NCBI GenBank assembly: GCA_040954595.2
Contig: CM082593.2
Coordinates: forward strand, 814,801 to 878,800
Reading direction: 5' to 3'
Source: Balanoglossus misakiensis
Taxonomy: Eukaryota; Animalia; Hemichordata
DNA length: 64,000 nt
In this document: one piece after another, positions 28,163 to 39,670 of the stretch
How the letters are laid out: each line of letters opens with the position of its first letter
How positions within the stretch are numbered: the stretch's first letter is position 1
Program-made: the position numbers and the translations under genes
Notes under the pieces: model-generated
Database searches by the model: none
The model's input: the letters and a program-made list of their open reading frames with translations, nothing else
What the model was told of the DNA's origin: nothing

Positions 28163-28385
28163 ATGACTTCAAGTACGCTACGTAACCTCACCTCAGTCAG
28201 TGTGCCAGTCATTCTAATTTCCAGTCTGCTGGCAACATTTGGATATGGCTTTGGAGTCACTGTCACTGAAGATTTCTCTGACAACGCTCTCCTACAGAAA
28301 GCGCTGCTGACTACTATAGCAGTGATTGAACCTGAACTACCTCCAACAACAACACAGTCTGTTGACAACGGTGACACAGACAAAG
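28163..28385 (+). CDS. nrg: Putative alternative first coding exon (signal/anchor segment plus Thr-rich stalk) for an Ig-less isoform
   Basis: MTSSTLRNLTSVSVPVILISSLLATFGYGFGVTVTEDFSDNALLQKALLTTIAVIEPELPPTTTQSVDNGDTDK. Donor G|GTAGG is phase 1, compatible with the acceptors at 29432 and 30087. Confidence 0.65.
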
Positions 28386-29431
28386 GTAGGAGGGGCTGGT
28401 CCACTCAACCATGTCATATATAAGGTAGATACCTGTGACGGTCCATGAAGGTGCGTTCCTAGTACTGGAACACCATGTTCTGAAATTCGTATTTAAATTG
28501 AGGTGAAATTCTGGTTTACTATTACTTTAATGGTTTACGATGGTTTCTCTGGTTTGAATGGCTTCACTGTCAGGTCACTGGTGTTACATCATACATGTGG
28601 TTCTGTCTATGCGACCCCTGTGTTTGCTTTGTGGTCACTATATTCACCCTGTCAACATTGAGTGGTGTTTTCCAAGTCAGAAGGTTCTGGGGTTGTTTCT
28701 GACATGTTCCAATTCAGTATGTTGGTGTGCGTTGAAATATTTATCAAGGTTAATATTTGACAGAAAGCTTCATGTCTGAGGAATGCTGACTTTGCATTGT
28801 GTGTGCATTATCAGCAAAGTTTGAGCGGATAAAATTTCAGGAGATAGAAAAATGGATTTCCTTTTTATGTGGAATTGGCCAGGTTTTCCCGTTGGATTGG
28901 ATTCTGTAAACGGTTCCCTTGGAATTTAGACATATCTAAAAAAAACCTTTCCAGGTATTCCTGTGTTCTTAGGAATTCTTTTTCAGTGCCGGATTTTGGT
29001 TTGTTTGTTGTTCAAACTTTTGGCTTTGCTGATAAGAGATGGATTTGAAAAATTGTTGAGTTCAGAGTGTGAGCTTGTGGTGGTGGTGGGGGGGGGGGGG
29101 TCGTGGTGGGAAGAAAATGACAAATGTGGATGAAGGCTTTGTTTGCTTAAGAATAGTCGAGAGGTGAATTGTGAATGGGGTTAAGTATGGCTGGAATGTT
29201 TAGTGTTGTGGTATGACAGAGGTTACAAACAGTGCTATAGTGTTGAATGGGTGAAGAATATAGTGACATTGCAGAGTGGGTGAATTCTTTTGTGACATTT
29301 ATAGGTGTGTATGATTTGGGATAACGTCATCTGAACGTGTGAATTGCACCATTGGCTGAACCTGAACAGCTGTGTGCCTTTTTCATGTGTGGTTTCCATT
29401 ATTTGATCACTTTTCTACAATTCTCTTTCAG

Positions 29432-29582
29432 GCATATGTGATTTAACTTGCGAGAATAATGGCGACCTTAATCTCAAAAGGTGTAGTTGTTCGTGTAAAG
29501 ATGGATGGGAAGGAGATCGTTGTGAGACGGCCGTCAATGTGTGTGAAAAACAGTGTGAACATGGAACTCTGGATGAATCAAA
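29432..29582 (+). CDS. nrg: Neuregulin-like gene, extra EGF-repeat exon 1
   Basis: Acceptor TTCTCTTTCAG| in phase 1. Encodes ICDLTCENNGDLNLKRCSCSCKDGWEGDRCETAVNVCEKQCEHGTLDES(K). Donor AA|GTAAG (phase 2). Confidence 0.88.
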
Positions 29583-29784
29583 GTAAGAACGATATTATAT
29601 GGAACTCAACTGTTTTCTGAAAGGGACAGGGAAATGTGTTCAGTATAGACAGGTTTCCAGATTAGACAGGGTTCGGTTTAGACAGGTTTGATGGCATAAA
29701 TGTGATACAGAAATTTAAAGTCACAAATTCTTAAAATTTCATGACTTTGAGATTAATCTGACACTAATGATAATATGATTACAG

Positions 29785-29930
29785 GTGTGAATGTATTTGT
29801 AATGAAGGCTACTCAGGGGAAACTTGTGATACCCCTGTTTGTACAAAGATCTGTGGATCTCATGGGACTCTAGACGTCCTGAACTGTACCTGTCATTGTG
29901 ATGATGGCTGGTCTGGTGATGTCTGCGAAA
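29785..29930 (+). CDS. nrg: Neuregulin-like gene, extra EGF-repeat exon 2
   Basis: Acceptor TTACAG| in phase 2. Encodes CECICNEGYSGETCDTPVCTKICGSHGTLDVLNCTCHCDDGWSGDVCE. Donor A|GTAAGT (phase 1). Confidence 0.88.
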
Positions 29931-30086
29931 GTAAGTGAATAATACATCCCAACATACAGAATACCGGAAAACATTTTTATAAAATTTGTGATTTGTATAG
30001 TAGTCTGAGTTTGTCGATGTGTACTGTGAAAAGAAATATTTCTTATGGATGGAATTTTAATTTACAATTTTTTGTTTTTTCTTCAG

Positions 30087-30183
30087 CATCCAACTCTCAC
30101 TTATCTCCCTGTAAAACAACAGTGTATTGCTTGAATGGGGGATCGTGTTATGAAGCGCAACAGATCGGACACATGATATGCCA
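30087..30183 (+). CDS. nrg: Neuregulin-like gene, NRG-type EGF domain N-half (Cys1-Cys4)
   Basis: (T)SNSHLSPCKTTVYCLNGGSCYEAQQIGHMIC resembles NRG1 SHLVKC...FCVNGGECF. The phase-2 intron between Cys4 and Cys5 is the hallmark of ErbB ligand genes. Donor CA|GTAAGT. Confidence 0.92.
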
Positions 30184-33100
30184 GTAAGTACACCCATACT
30201 TTTACCTACCATCCTATCGAAGATGGTCTAACCCTATTGTCACCGGGGCAGAGGGTCATACCATGTTAGATTCAAGGGGTGGAAAGCTTTGTGTGCAGCA
30301 GAGAAAGGATACAGAATCCAGACATCTGGTCGTGTTGTCTTGGTAGAAAAATTTATCTTGTGTTTCAATGATCACAGACTTCCATCGGCCATTATTTTCA
30401 TTCACTTTATAATTCAGAGAATGATTGGCAGGCAGAGCACACGACAACATCATTCCATTTCTGGTCTCTGTGTCTTTCTAATGTGATGATCAAGAGGAAT
30501 TTTTCCATTGCCGTCTATCTACTGTGATATAAATTTTGTTTTTCTGACGTGATGACATCAAATGATCTTTTCGTGAAAAAAACCCAACAACATAAATAAC
30601 TTCTCGTATGAAAAGCAGTAGCAAAGCAATGTTATTCTTCTGGTAAGTTTTAAATAACATGTTACTATGGCAATGGAAAATTTCTTGATTTTGATTTTGT
30701 TCATGTCAAGAAAGTGCACTTTGTTTTGTGATGGTATTACAAAGTAATGAAAATGACTCTTGCATGTAAATGCTGAGGCTGTGCAAACTGTAACTTCCAA
30801 CTTGCTCTATTTTGCAACCTTTGCAAATTGCACAACATAACATCACCATAGTGCAATTTCTTGTCTGAACTGATGCTTGGCAAATTTGATTTGGCAAGTT
30901 TTGCGAGATAGCTCCTTAAATGAATAACTGGATGAAATATGGGACAGTTTGCTTGATTGATAAGCAGAGAAAAGTTAGAAGATGTTTCATTTGATATCAT
31001 GAATTCATTTTCACTACTGGGGTCAACCAGGGAAGAGGAAATTGTGGTCATGTGACTAGTGAAAGTCACTTCAGTCATGTGACTTGCACCATGTTATTAC
31101 AGGGGTCACCATATAGCTGCCCCAAGTATTTGTTTTGTGTTCAGTTCCAATGCGGCTGCAATGACCTCATGTGTGTGTCGTGTTTCAGTGTGTGTGTCTT
31201 GTGTCAGTGTTTGTCTTGCCTTTGTGAGATTTGTCGAATTCAGGAAAGCTGTACCTTCCTCTCTACTACTGTCACACACACAAACATAAACACACACACA
31301 CACACCATACGACTACACACATCAAGTAACACTAACAGACCAAACATTTTTATTTACGTTTATGCTGATCATTCATTCATTCCATTTCAGCATTTTTTCC
31401 AGGCACATTGACAATTATTTTCTATAACATTATGTTTTAACAACATGTTGCAGGGGATAATATCCATTTCCATTCATTTCATCAGCATTTCTGGTGAAAT
31501 CATTCTAACTTGCATGGAGTTCATCACATTTGACCTCTGAACTCTGACTTTACAGTCAGCCATCTTGAATATTTGGATTTGACATCTTTGTAAACTAAAA
31601 TCGTTGTATGGTCATTTTTGGGTGGGGGAGAGTTGCAGTGCATCTTTGAAGGCAACCAACCAATCGTTAGAGATCGAACTTGGTGAACTCCATGTACATA
31701 TGAATATTTTCCCAGCCACTAGTAACAAAACAAAGCAGTTTCTCTTTGACAAAATTGGGGAAAAACATCTCTTTGCAGATACATCAGATCTCATAGACAG
31801 AGTCAACTTAGTCTGCAATGTTCACATGAACCTTATAATTATAAATCTAAGTCAAATGTAAAACACCTATCTACTGATTGTTTTCTTTTTATCTATACTT
31901 TACTCATTACATTCTGAACTATTGAAGAAAACTGAATTTCTTGTTTTGAACTCTTTAGTATGTGGTCTTTGAAACTTAAGTCTTTCAGTGTCTTTGATCA
32001 TATCCTTCTAATTTAAAATATCCCATGAAATTATATACTGTTAAGCTATCTACCTGTTGGTTCAATCATGTCACATGACATGACTGACCCAAAGCGAGGT
32101 AAATTTAGTGAATATTCATGAGAGCATCATGTGATGTGAATAAGCCGATAGTATAGCTGTTTCAGATCTTCTCTTGTGTCTTTCTCACTCGTTGCTATGG
32201 TGATGGTTGTCAGTTCTGTTTTCAAGGGAAATAAAGACATGAATGCATGAAGGCGAAATTATAAAAATCTGGATAAGGTGATTTTTAAGGTACTTTTTAA
32301 ATAGTTGTCTTCACTAACCTTTGTTTCTTAAAATGTAACAAAAAAAAAATCGAATGAGATGTTGTTATGGGATGATTACTAAGCAGCACAATGCACCAGC
32401 TTCTATACAGTAAGTTCTCCTATTTCAGTGTTTTTGTTCAATTTGATCAAACCAATCACTTGTTATAATAACTAAACTTGCAAACAGGGAAAAAAAACGG
32501 AAAAAGTTTTACTAGTATTAGGAAGCCATAGTTAAAAGACATTTCAAACAAGGCTTGTGAAATAAGGAATACCAAACTGGCCATTTCCTGTTGACTCAGG
32601 AAATATAATTTGATTCTCAAATTTACCTGTGTAGTTATGAGATCACATAATTGGCCACCATCTTGCATAATTAGAATTTATTTTAAATTCCCAGTTTAGG
32701 CTAATTTTCCCACATCCACTTGAAAGTCATGGTTTGCATGTCAACTTTTCCTTTTGCCTGAAAGATCCAATTTTTTTTTAGTTGCAATGGTCTTATTTTT
32801 TCCCACTGTTTGTGGTTACTGTGCCTGCACTCCACACTTGCCTTGCTTTCATCTGCACTTTAACCCCAGCCTGACCCTTGACCTCTGGTTTTTAATCAGT
32901 GGTCAATGCATTTCATGTGATGTCTATGTTTAACACTTGACAACACTTATAAGTTTTTTTCTTTGATAACAGTAATAAAACAAAACTGCAGGAAATTATA
33001 CCCTAATAACAAGAACAGTATTCTTATTTGAAATTTCTTGTTCTCGATCGCTTTCTTCGCATTTTCTGTCAAAGTTTGGATGTTCTTCGTGGAGTTAGTT

Positions 33101-33793
33101 TCTTTCTATGTTGTACGTTTCTATCAATATGGGAAGAATCTATCTACCACAGAAAAGTTCTGACCAAAATCAATCTATTGCTGTCTGTTTGCCTGTCTCC
33201 TTTCGCTCGTGCGTCAAGTTTGTGAACTGTAATCCAAATTACGTCTCAAAATTCAATGCACATTCCGTTTTTCTATTTTGGACGCATGTATATTGTGATT
33301 TATCAAATTTCTTTTTATGACAATTTTTTTTTTCAAAAATGCATGTCACTGTTACAGTTTGTGATGGTTAAACTAGAGGTGTGGTGTTGATATGTCAAAA
33401 CTGCACTCTTTGCATTTGACATTGTCATTTTTTTTTGGTCCCAACTTGAACTTGCATGTTCTTCTCACAAAGCCTGCACTATAAAGTACCCTGATAGACG
33501 GCTCTATACATTCCCTAGGTGCATGTGGGAAAATATGGTAACAAAAAAGTCTACTGGTTTATTTAAAGTAGCAAAGAACTGAAAAATCTTTTAAACTATT
33601 TTCTGATTCAAATTCAGCATAGTAAGTTTCAGTAAATGTAAATCTGACAATCTGAACCAGATTCAGAATCCTTTTCACAATTTGCGCTCCTGGCGACAAC
33701 CGTGCAACTCTCAGCTACCTAGGGGGTCTATAGTGCCCTTTAAGTGAGGGTAGTTATAGTGCGGCCAGTTTCTGATCTCATAACCCCTCACAG

Positions 33794-33937
33794 GTGCAAA
33801 CCGAATTTTATGGGTCCACGGTGCCAGTTCCCCAAGCCAGTAGACAAGCCTCGTGATCCCACCAATCCAAATTGTGACTTCTGCCTGAATGGAGGCCGTT
33901 GTGAGTTCTATGAAGGAGTAGACGAGATCGTCTGCAA
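33794..33937 (+). CDS. nrg: Neuregulin-like gene, 144-nt phase 2-2 exon: C-half of EGF A plus N-half of EGF B
   Basis: Acceptor CCCCTCACAG|. Encodes CKPNFMGPRCQFPKPVDKPRDPTNPNCDFCLNGGRCEFYEGVDEIVC. Donor AA|GTAAGT. Confidence 0.88.
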
Positions 33938-36900
33938 GTAAGTAAAGTGTCGGCAAGCTGGAGAGATTAGGGTGCAATAAATGGACTCAACAAGTGATGT
34001 AGAAAAGCCTAGGCTGGACTAAAGTTATGCAACAAATTCAGAGTTTTTGAAACACAGTCTTGTTAGGTGTCTTTTCAGTCATGAAATTGAGATGAAAAAA
34101 AAAAAAGGAAATCGAGATTGAAACCCCACGACAGCTTCCAACCCAGTATGAAGTGGAGTTTTAAGACTTCATTAATTGAAGTTTCAATTCTGCTGACATC
34201 TTCCCAACACACCAACTCAACATTATCATTCTTTTTGATAATTTAGAGCATTCTCCACAGTTCTGCCATGCTCAATTCATCTGACAATCATGTGATAATC
34301 ACATGATAGTCATATCATCCTCACAAAGTCACAACTCATGATCGTTGCTACTGTAAAGCAGTCTTTTGGCAAAAAGCAAGATTTAATTAAACCGTGGAAA
34401 TGTTTCAGGACATTTTTGCCTTTTTATGCTGTTTTAATCTCTATTTGCTTCATTCCAAATGACACCTGCAACAATAGATTTCATGGCTGGAAGTTCCTAA
34501 TACTTCTTGTGAAATCTGTGCTTTATACTTTTTTTGTTTTTCAAAACTATGTACTTCTTTCGCATAACTTAAAAACTGCTTGCGTCTTGTCTTTCTCAAT
34601 AGTGCTTGTATGTTTGTACATTTGAGAGAACGGAAATTCCATATTCTACTTAATTGTCAGCAGAAAATTTCATTTGTTGTTTTCATTGTGAAAGGAGATT
34701 TCTTTGCTGCTTTAGGAACTCAGCCAATCCCAATAGTGCAATGCTTTGAAGTTTTTCGTTTTAATTTTTTGTTCGTTTTTTTTCTGAGTGTAAATATTGT
34801 ACAGTGTTGTTTTAAAGTTGTTGCTTGTTCGTTTGTTTTGTAAAGTAAGGGAAAATTGATATTGAGTATGACTGTCTTTATGTTTTATAACGTCACAGAA
34901 CTGTATTCCTGCCAAGACTGGAAATGTGATGTTTTTTTTCAGGCAGTTTGTGTCAAATTGTTTGTACCATATATATTTTATATTATTTACAGATGGCTTT
35001 AGTGGTTGTCCAGTTGTGATAAGTTTTATGTATCTTAATGGCGTACCACAGACTTCAGGATAAGTCTGTTTTTAGTTGATAGGTTGGAATACGGAGACTT
35101 GATTATGTATATAGCTATATATATTTTTTGCGATTTTCGTCTTCAAGTTCTTGTGAAAGTTTGGGTCTCTTGATGGAAGAGACTTAACGCAAAAGAAGAT
35201 TTCCCCAGCCCATCCCCTATTCCCCTTCCCTTGAGAAAATGCCTCATTTCGTAAAACAGAGCAGAAATTGGACACAGTAGATATTCACAAATTCATCTGT
35301 CTTTAAAAAAAGTTGTTCAGACGATGTTTCTTTTTTTATTTACGAAAAGAGAAAAACAAAAGAGATAAGGAAATGTTGACAATGATTTTGTCATTCATGT
35401 AAGTTATGTATGTACAGTTGTTCCAACAAAATCAGACTGACTCCACATTTTCCAATATAATTTCTAATTTTGACATTTTTTCAAAATTTTGTAAAAATCA
35501 AGATTTTAATTTACTTTTGGTCAAAAATTATTTAAAATTATGGTAACTGTATGATAACAGTGTACAAATTGTACATTTATATTTGTTAAAGAACGATTTC
35601 CAGTTTTTTTTATGGAAATGCAAGCGACAGTAACCCTTTAGTGTCCCCAAATATTGAGCGAGGCTTCTGCTTGCAATGCAAAGAGTACACTATTAGTATG
35701 TATTTATTTTTAACAAACAATTCATCTTCCAAAGTTATTTTAGAAGTGATGTCACAGTCAGATGGTAGTTGTTAGGATAAATGTGTTTATATGCATCAGT
35801 ACAAGGGTGGTCAATACAGACGGAAATATATAATTTGACAAAACAGACATTACTGCACTTAGCAAAGACATTAACACTTCCATCTTACTTCTGACAGATT
35901 TGTACAAAAAAGTAAGATTGTTTATTTTTGTAAAAAAGTTACCAATATACTTAATTTTTGTGGTTATTTCTGGTTCTTGTAGAGCAGCCAATTTCTCCTT
36001 ATTTACCTAATTTATTTATTAGCAACACGTCCAAGAACATTATTTAACAATTTTTTTATCCAAAACTCCAAGAATATTGTAACCAGAACTATGTGAACAC
36101 GTTTCATCACAATAATGTATTAACGTGTATATTAATTTTCATTGTTATTCCATCTGAATATTTGTAAGATCATTTTAAAACAAGCTGCAGATTTTCTGAA
36201 ATCAAAGACTAAATTTAGTGTTAATGCATTGCTTGCCGATCTGACTAATATTTCATCACAAGCTTCATTGCGACTTTGCTAATCTTGTAAAACTGCTTGC
36301 TTTTTTGTCGTTTCCCAAATAATTGGCATGTACTTAATAGAATCCATGCATTTAAAATTATCTTGTTTTTATTCTAATGCCTTTTATTTTTTTGTGATCT
36401 TCCGTAATCAAATCCACATTGTCTTGCCTGTTCGGAAAGTAAATCTGCACAAAAATCTCATTGTAATATTGAAATTTAATTATCACAAGAATAATTTTAT
36501 TATTTTATATTTTTTAATCAAGTTAATTTCAGCTATAAAAAATGTGACACACAATAGAAAATTAGGACTGTTAATTTTTTTCAAATTTAACCTATTAATA
36601 TAAAATATGTAGATCCAAAGACTTTAGACAAGTCTGCTTGCCTTAAATAATGATTTTTTTCGTCGAATCGGACTCTTGAAAATTTGGTGCTATTTTAAAA
36701 TGATCAGAGTTCATTATTTTTGTATTTAATTGTGAAAAACTTAAGAAATTGTGCACTTACAAACCGAGAAAATATATAAATTGTATTTTTTCGCAAATTT
36801 GGAGCCTTTGCTATTCCATCAGAGAAGAGCATGGAAAATATTAACAAAAAACTCATAATTTAAAAATCTTGCCATTTTTTCTCGACTCATCTCATGTGAT

Positions 36901-37692
36901 GTTCGCATGAGATCATGATGTTTCTCATTATTTATGTACTTATATATTTGTATTTGTATCTCTGGATAGAACAATTCCATTTTTCTTGCCAAAAGAGAAA
37001 CCTTGCCTCACTCCTTGCCTTCCATCTCTTCATTCCCAATGGAATAGTTCTGTCGCTTCAAATTTTCCCGATTTATTTACTCATTTTGGTCACCATGATC
37101 AAAAACACATGTCAGTCATCCCAATCTTGGCACAGATCAAGTTGTATCCTCTTTATGTACAAATCATTTCTTTGTTGACAATTAGTGGACAGATCTGTAC
37201 CATTCAAAATCAAACTTTTATTGTCACCATTGGCAACTGCATTTGTTCTTTTTTCCCCCAAAGAAATAAAAAAGTCATATTTTTCATAAATAAAACACTC
37301 TGCGTCCAAGAGGTTATATGTCCACAATAGGTAAAATAAAAATTACTTTGTTCTACGTGTTGGTGTATCATTCATGTACTCTTACTTTACTCTCATAAAA
37401 TGTTCATGCTGCACTATATCTCTTCTCACCCTAGTTGGAGACGGTTGCCATGGCTACTCATCACCATGGTTATTAATGTGGAAGTCATACTGTCATGCTG
37501 TCTTTTATTCCTAGGTGTATACTAACTATTCAATAAAATTATTTAAAGACAACTGATGGGGTTGGAGCTGGTTTTTGAATGTGTGTCACTGACTTGCACC
37601 AGGTTTTATTTATTTTCAATTAAGTTGCACTGGTCTCTCGATACTCTTCTAATCTTAGCACGAAATCTCGATTTATTTTTTTCTCTTTTCAG

Positions 37693-37763
37693 TTGCCCAC
37701 CTCCATACACTGGAACTCGGTGTCAGTTCAAAGATCCAAACACTGTCTATAGAATGATGCAAA
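37693..37763 (+). CDS. nrg: Neuregulin-like gene, EGF C-half and juxtamembrane exon
   Basis: Acceptor CTCTTTTCAG| in phase 2. Encodes CPPPYTGTRCQFKDPNTVYRMMQ, with the ErbB-ligand motif Y-x-G-x-R-C. Donor A|GTAAGT (phase 1). Confidence 0.92.
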
Positions 37764-38117
37764 GTAAGTCCTCACTTTATATCCTCAAATAATCTTGACA
37801 TAAATTCCAATTTTATGTTCTAGTTGGTAAATGTAAATGTCTTGTAGTTCCGTCAATGTTTTGAATTTTGTTTTATATATACCCGCATGTATTTGTTTAT
37901 TCGTTATGATGTATAGTTTGTTATTATGCTTATTATAAAAACCAACCCCAACACTGTTGTATGACTGGATATTTATCAACATATAAAGCACGAAGCATTT
38001 TTTAGTTTTATTACATTTTAGTTTAATTTACTTTTGTATGCTTGCAGTAACCCAGCATGTCTCCCGGTTAACAGATTTTAGTAGCTTACACTTAGTTTTT
38101 ATGTTTTTGTGCACTAG

Positions 38118-38220
38118 GTGCCAAGGATTTACATACCAAGCGAATTCTCACTGTTGTTGGAGTGTTTGTGGCATTGTTGGTGCTTATCATCATCTGTATT
38201 GTGGCATGGTGTAAAGCAAG
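38118..38220 (+). CDS. nrg: Neuregulin-like gene, transmembrane exon
   Basis: Acceptor GCACTAG| in phase 1. (S)AKDLHTKRILTVVGVFVALLVLIIICIVAWCKA(R) aligns by eye to NRG1 AEELYQKRVLTITGICIALLVVGIMCVVAYCKTK. Donor AG|GTGAG (phase 2). The ORF track lists a different frame here. Confidence 0.95.
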
Positions 38221-38694
38221 GTGAGAATGCCACCCGTAACCAATCACAAGTCTGCCAAAAACAGTCACGTGACCGTCACATGATCAACAATGAGCTGTCT
38301 TGATTGGTGTTTGATGTACTAATCAAATAACAACATAGGTAGCCATGTTCGGTCTCAATATACCTGTTCACGTGTCATGTTGTTTTTGTAGGCTTTGGAA
38401 AGAACCCGTTGTATGTACTTTGAGCTGTCATTGGTTGTCTGCTGTGATGTCATATTACTGTGCTTCTTTCTGATTGGATGGTTTATTTTGCATGCTTGTA
38501 TTCCCCAATTTTCGTATTTTGTTCAAGACACAATTGCATAAATGTTGCATTGTCAAATTTGGAAAAAATGCACAGCACTTCTCAGTGTGTCTCTAATTAG
38601 AAGTCATGTGATACTCCTGATAAAATTCTCAACTGTTAACGGATATACATGTAGAATGTGTTCAACTGAGTTTTGTGTTCTTTTATGTTTACAG

Positions 38695-38827
38695 GTCAGA
38701 TAAAAATCATTGTCTTCCATGCCGTGGGGCTCCTAACTCCTCCGACTCTGCTTTCAATAAAAATGAGAACCATGTTGATGAGAGTGCCAATGGGCTTTTG
38801 AATGGGGGCAGAATAACTCAAGTTTAA
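38695..38827 (+). CDS. nrg: Putative alternative terminal exon: short cytoplasmic tail ending -TQV
   Basis: Strong acceptor TTCTTTTATGTTTACAG| in phase 2, open for 43 codons: SDKNHCLPCRGAPNSSDSAFNKNENHVDESANGLLNGGRITQV*. An AT-rich UTR-like stretch with AATAAA at 40138 and 40257 follows. Confidence 0.6.
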
Positions 38828-39469
38828 ACCTTTGTGGGCTGGGTTAGGGGGTCCTTATTAAACAACTCTATGTACATGTATTGTCTTTGGTATGAAGGTG
38901 CATTGCTATGGTTACATTGAATTATTTATTTATATTTAAGAAGTATACTGTGTGTGTTTGTGTGCGTGAGTGGATTCGTGAAACGTGGTTCTTTGGGGAA
39001 AATGTGATTGTAAGCAGTAGTATTAGAGATTGTAGATGCAACAGTAGTATTCGATAGTCGCCTTCTTTCAACACGAAGAGATGGACAGACGTGAAGAGAC
39101 ATCAACATGCAGACGCTAGATGTGGCCATATCTCCAGTGAACATGAGTGGAATACACAAGTGACTGTCGTGCTGGATGCTAGAAGCAATCTGGTTTTGAT
39201 CTCTGACGTTCTCTGCATGTACTAATAGGATTAACTCACATTTTTTAATATTTAGAGAATAGAATTTGTAGTCTTTCTATGAAAGATAAGTGCGGCCTCA
39301 CTCTTCAGAAGTCATTTCAAATTTGGTTCAATCTGTACTTTTAAAAGACCTCACAAAAATCAGAACATCTCCATCAAAAAGGATCCTTAACTTTTGACAA
39401 AATAATCTTACTCCAACGGAGACTATGTCTAACCACAATGGTTAAGTTATTTCCACTGGTATTTCCAAA

Positions 39470-39670
39470 TTGACCCCAAAATATTATATTGTGATTGGCA
39501 TTTTGACCCCCAAAACAATAGGTATATTAACCTGTAAATATTGCCAGGTATATTGTGCCCTAAATCTCCCACATCTAGATAATATATGGACCCGTAAAAT
39601 TGCTAGTGGTAGGTATTGTATATTGACCTCTGTAAACAGTGCCAATTGTATGGTATATTGCCCCTAAATG
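39470..39670. repeat. Degenerate minisatellite-like cluster of TATTGACCCC/TAAA motifs
   Basis: About 7 recurrences (TTGACCCCAAA, TTTTGACCCCCAAAA, TATTAACCTGTAAA, TATTGTGCCCTAAA, TATTGACCTCTGTAAA, TATTGCCCCTAAA) at roughly 25-40 bp spacing. Confidence 0.5.

Noticed and set aside
33519-33582. Candidate acceptor TTCCCTAG followed by CMWENMV...stop as another EGF C-half exon
   Set aside because: It lacks G-x-R-C and Cys6, and has no other support.
38048-38117. Upstream alternative acceptor (TTGCAG at 38047) for the TM exon
   Set aside because: It lies 70 nt upstream and would shift the TM exon out of frame.
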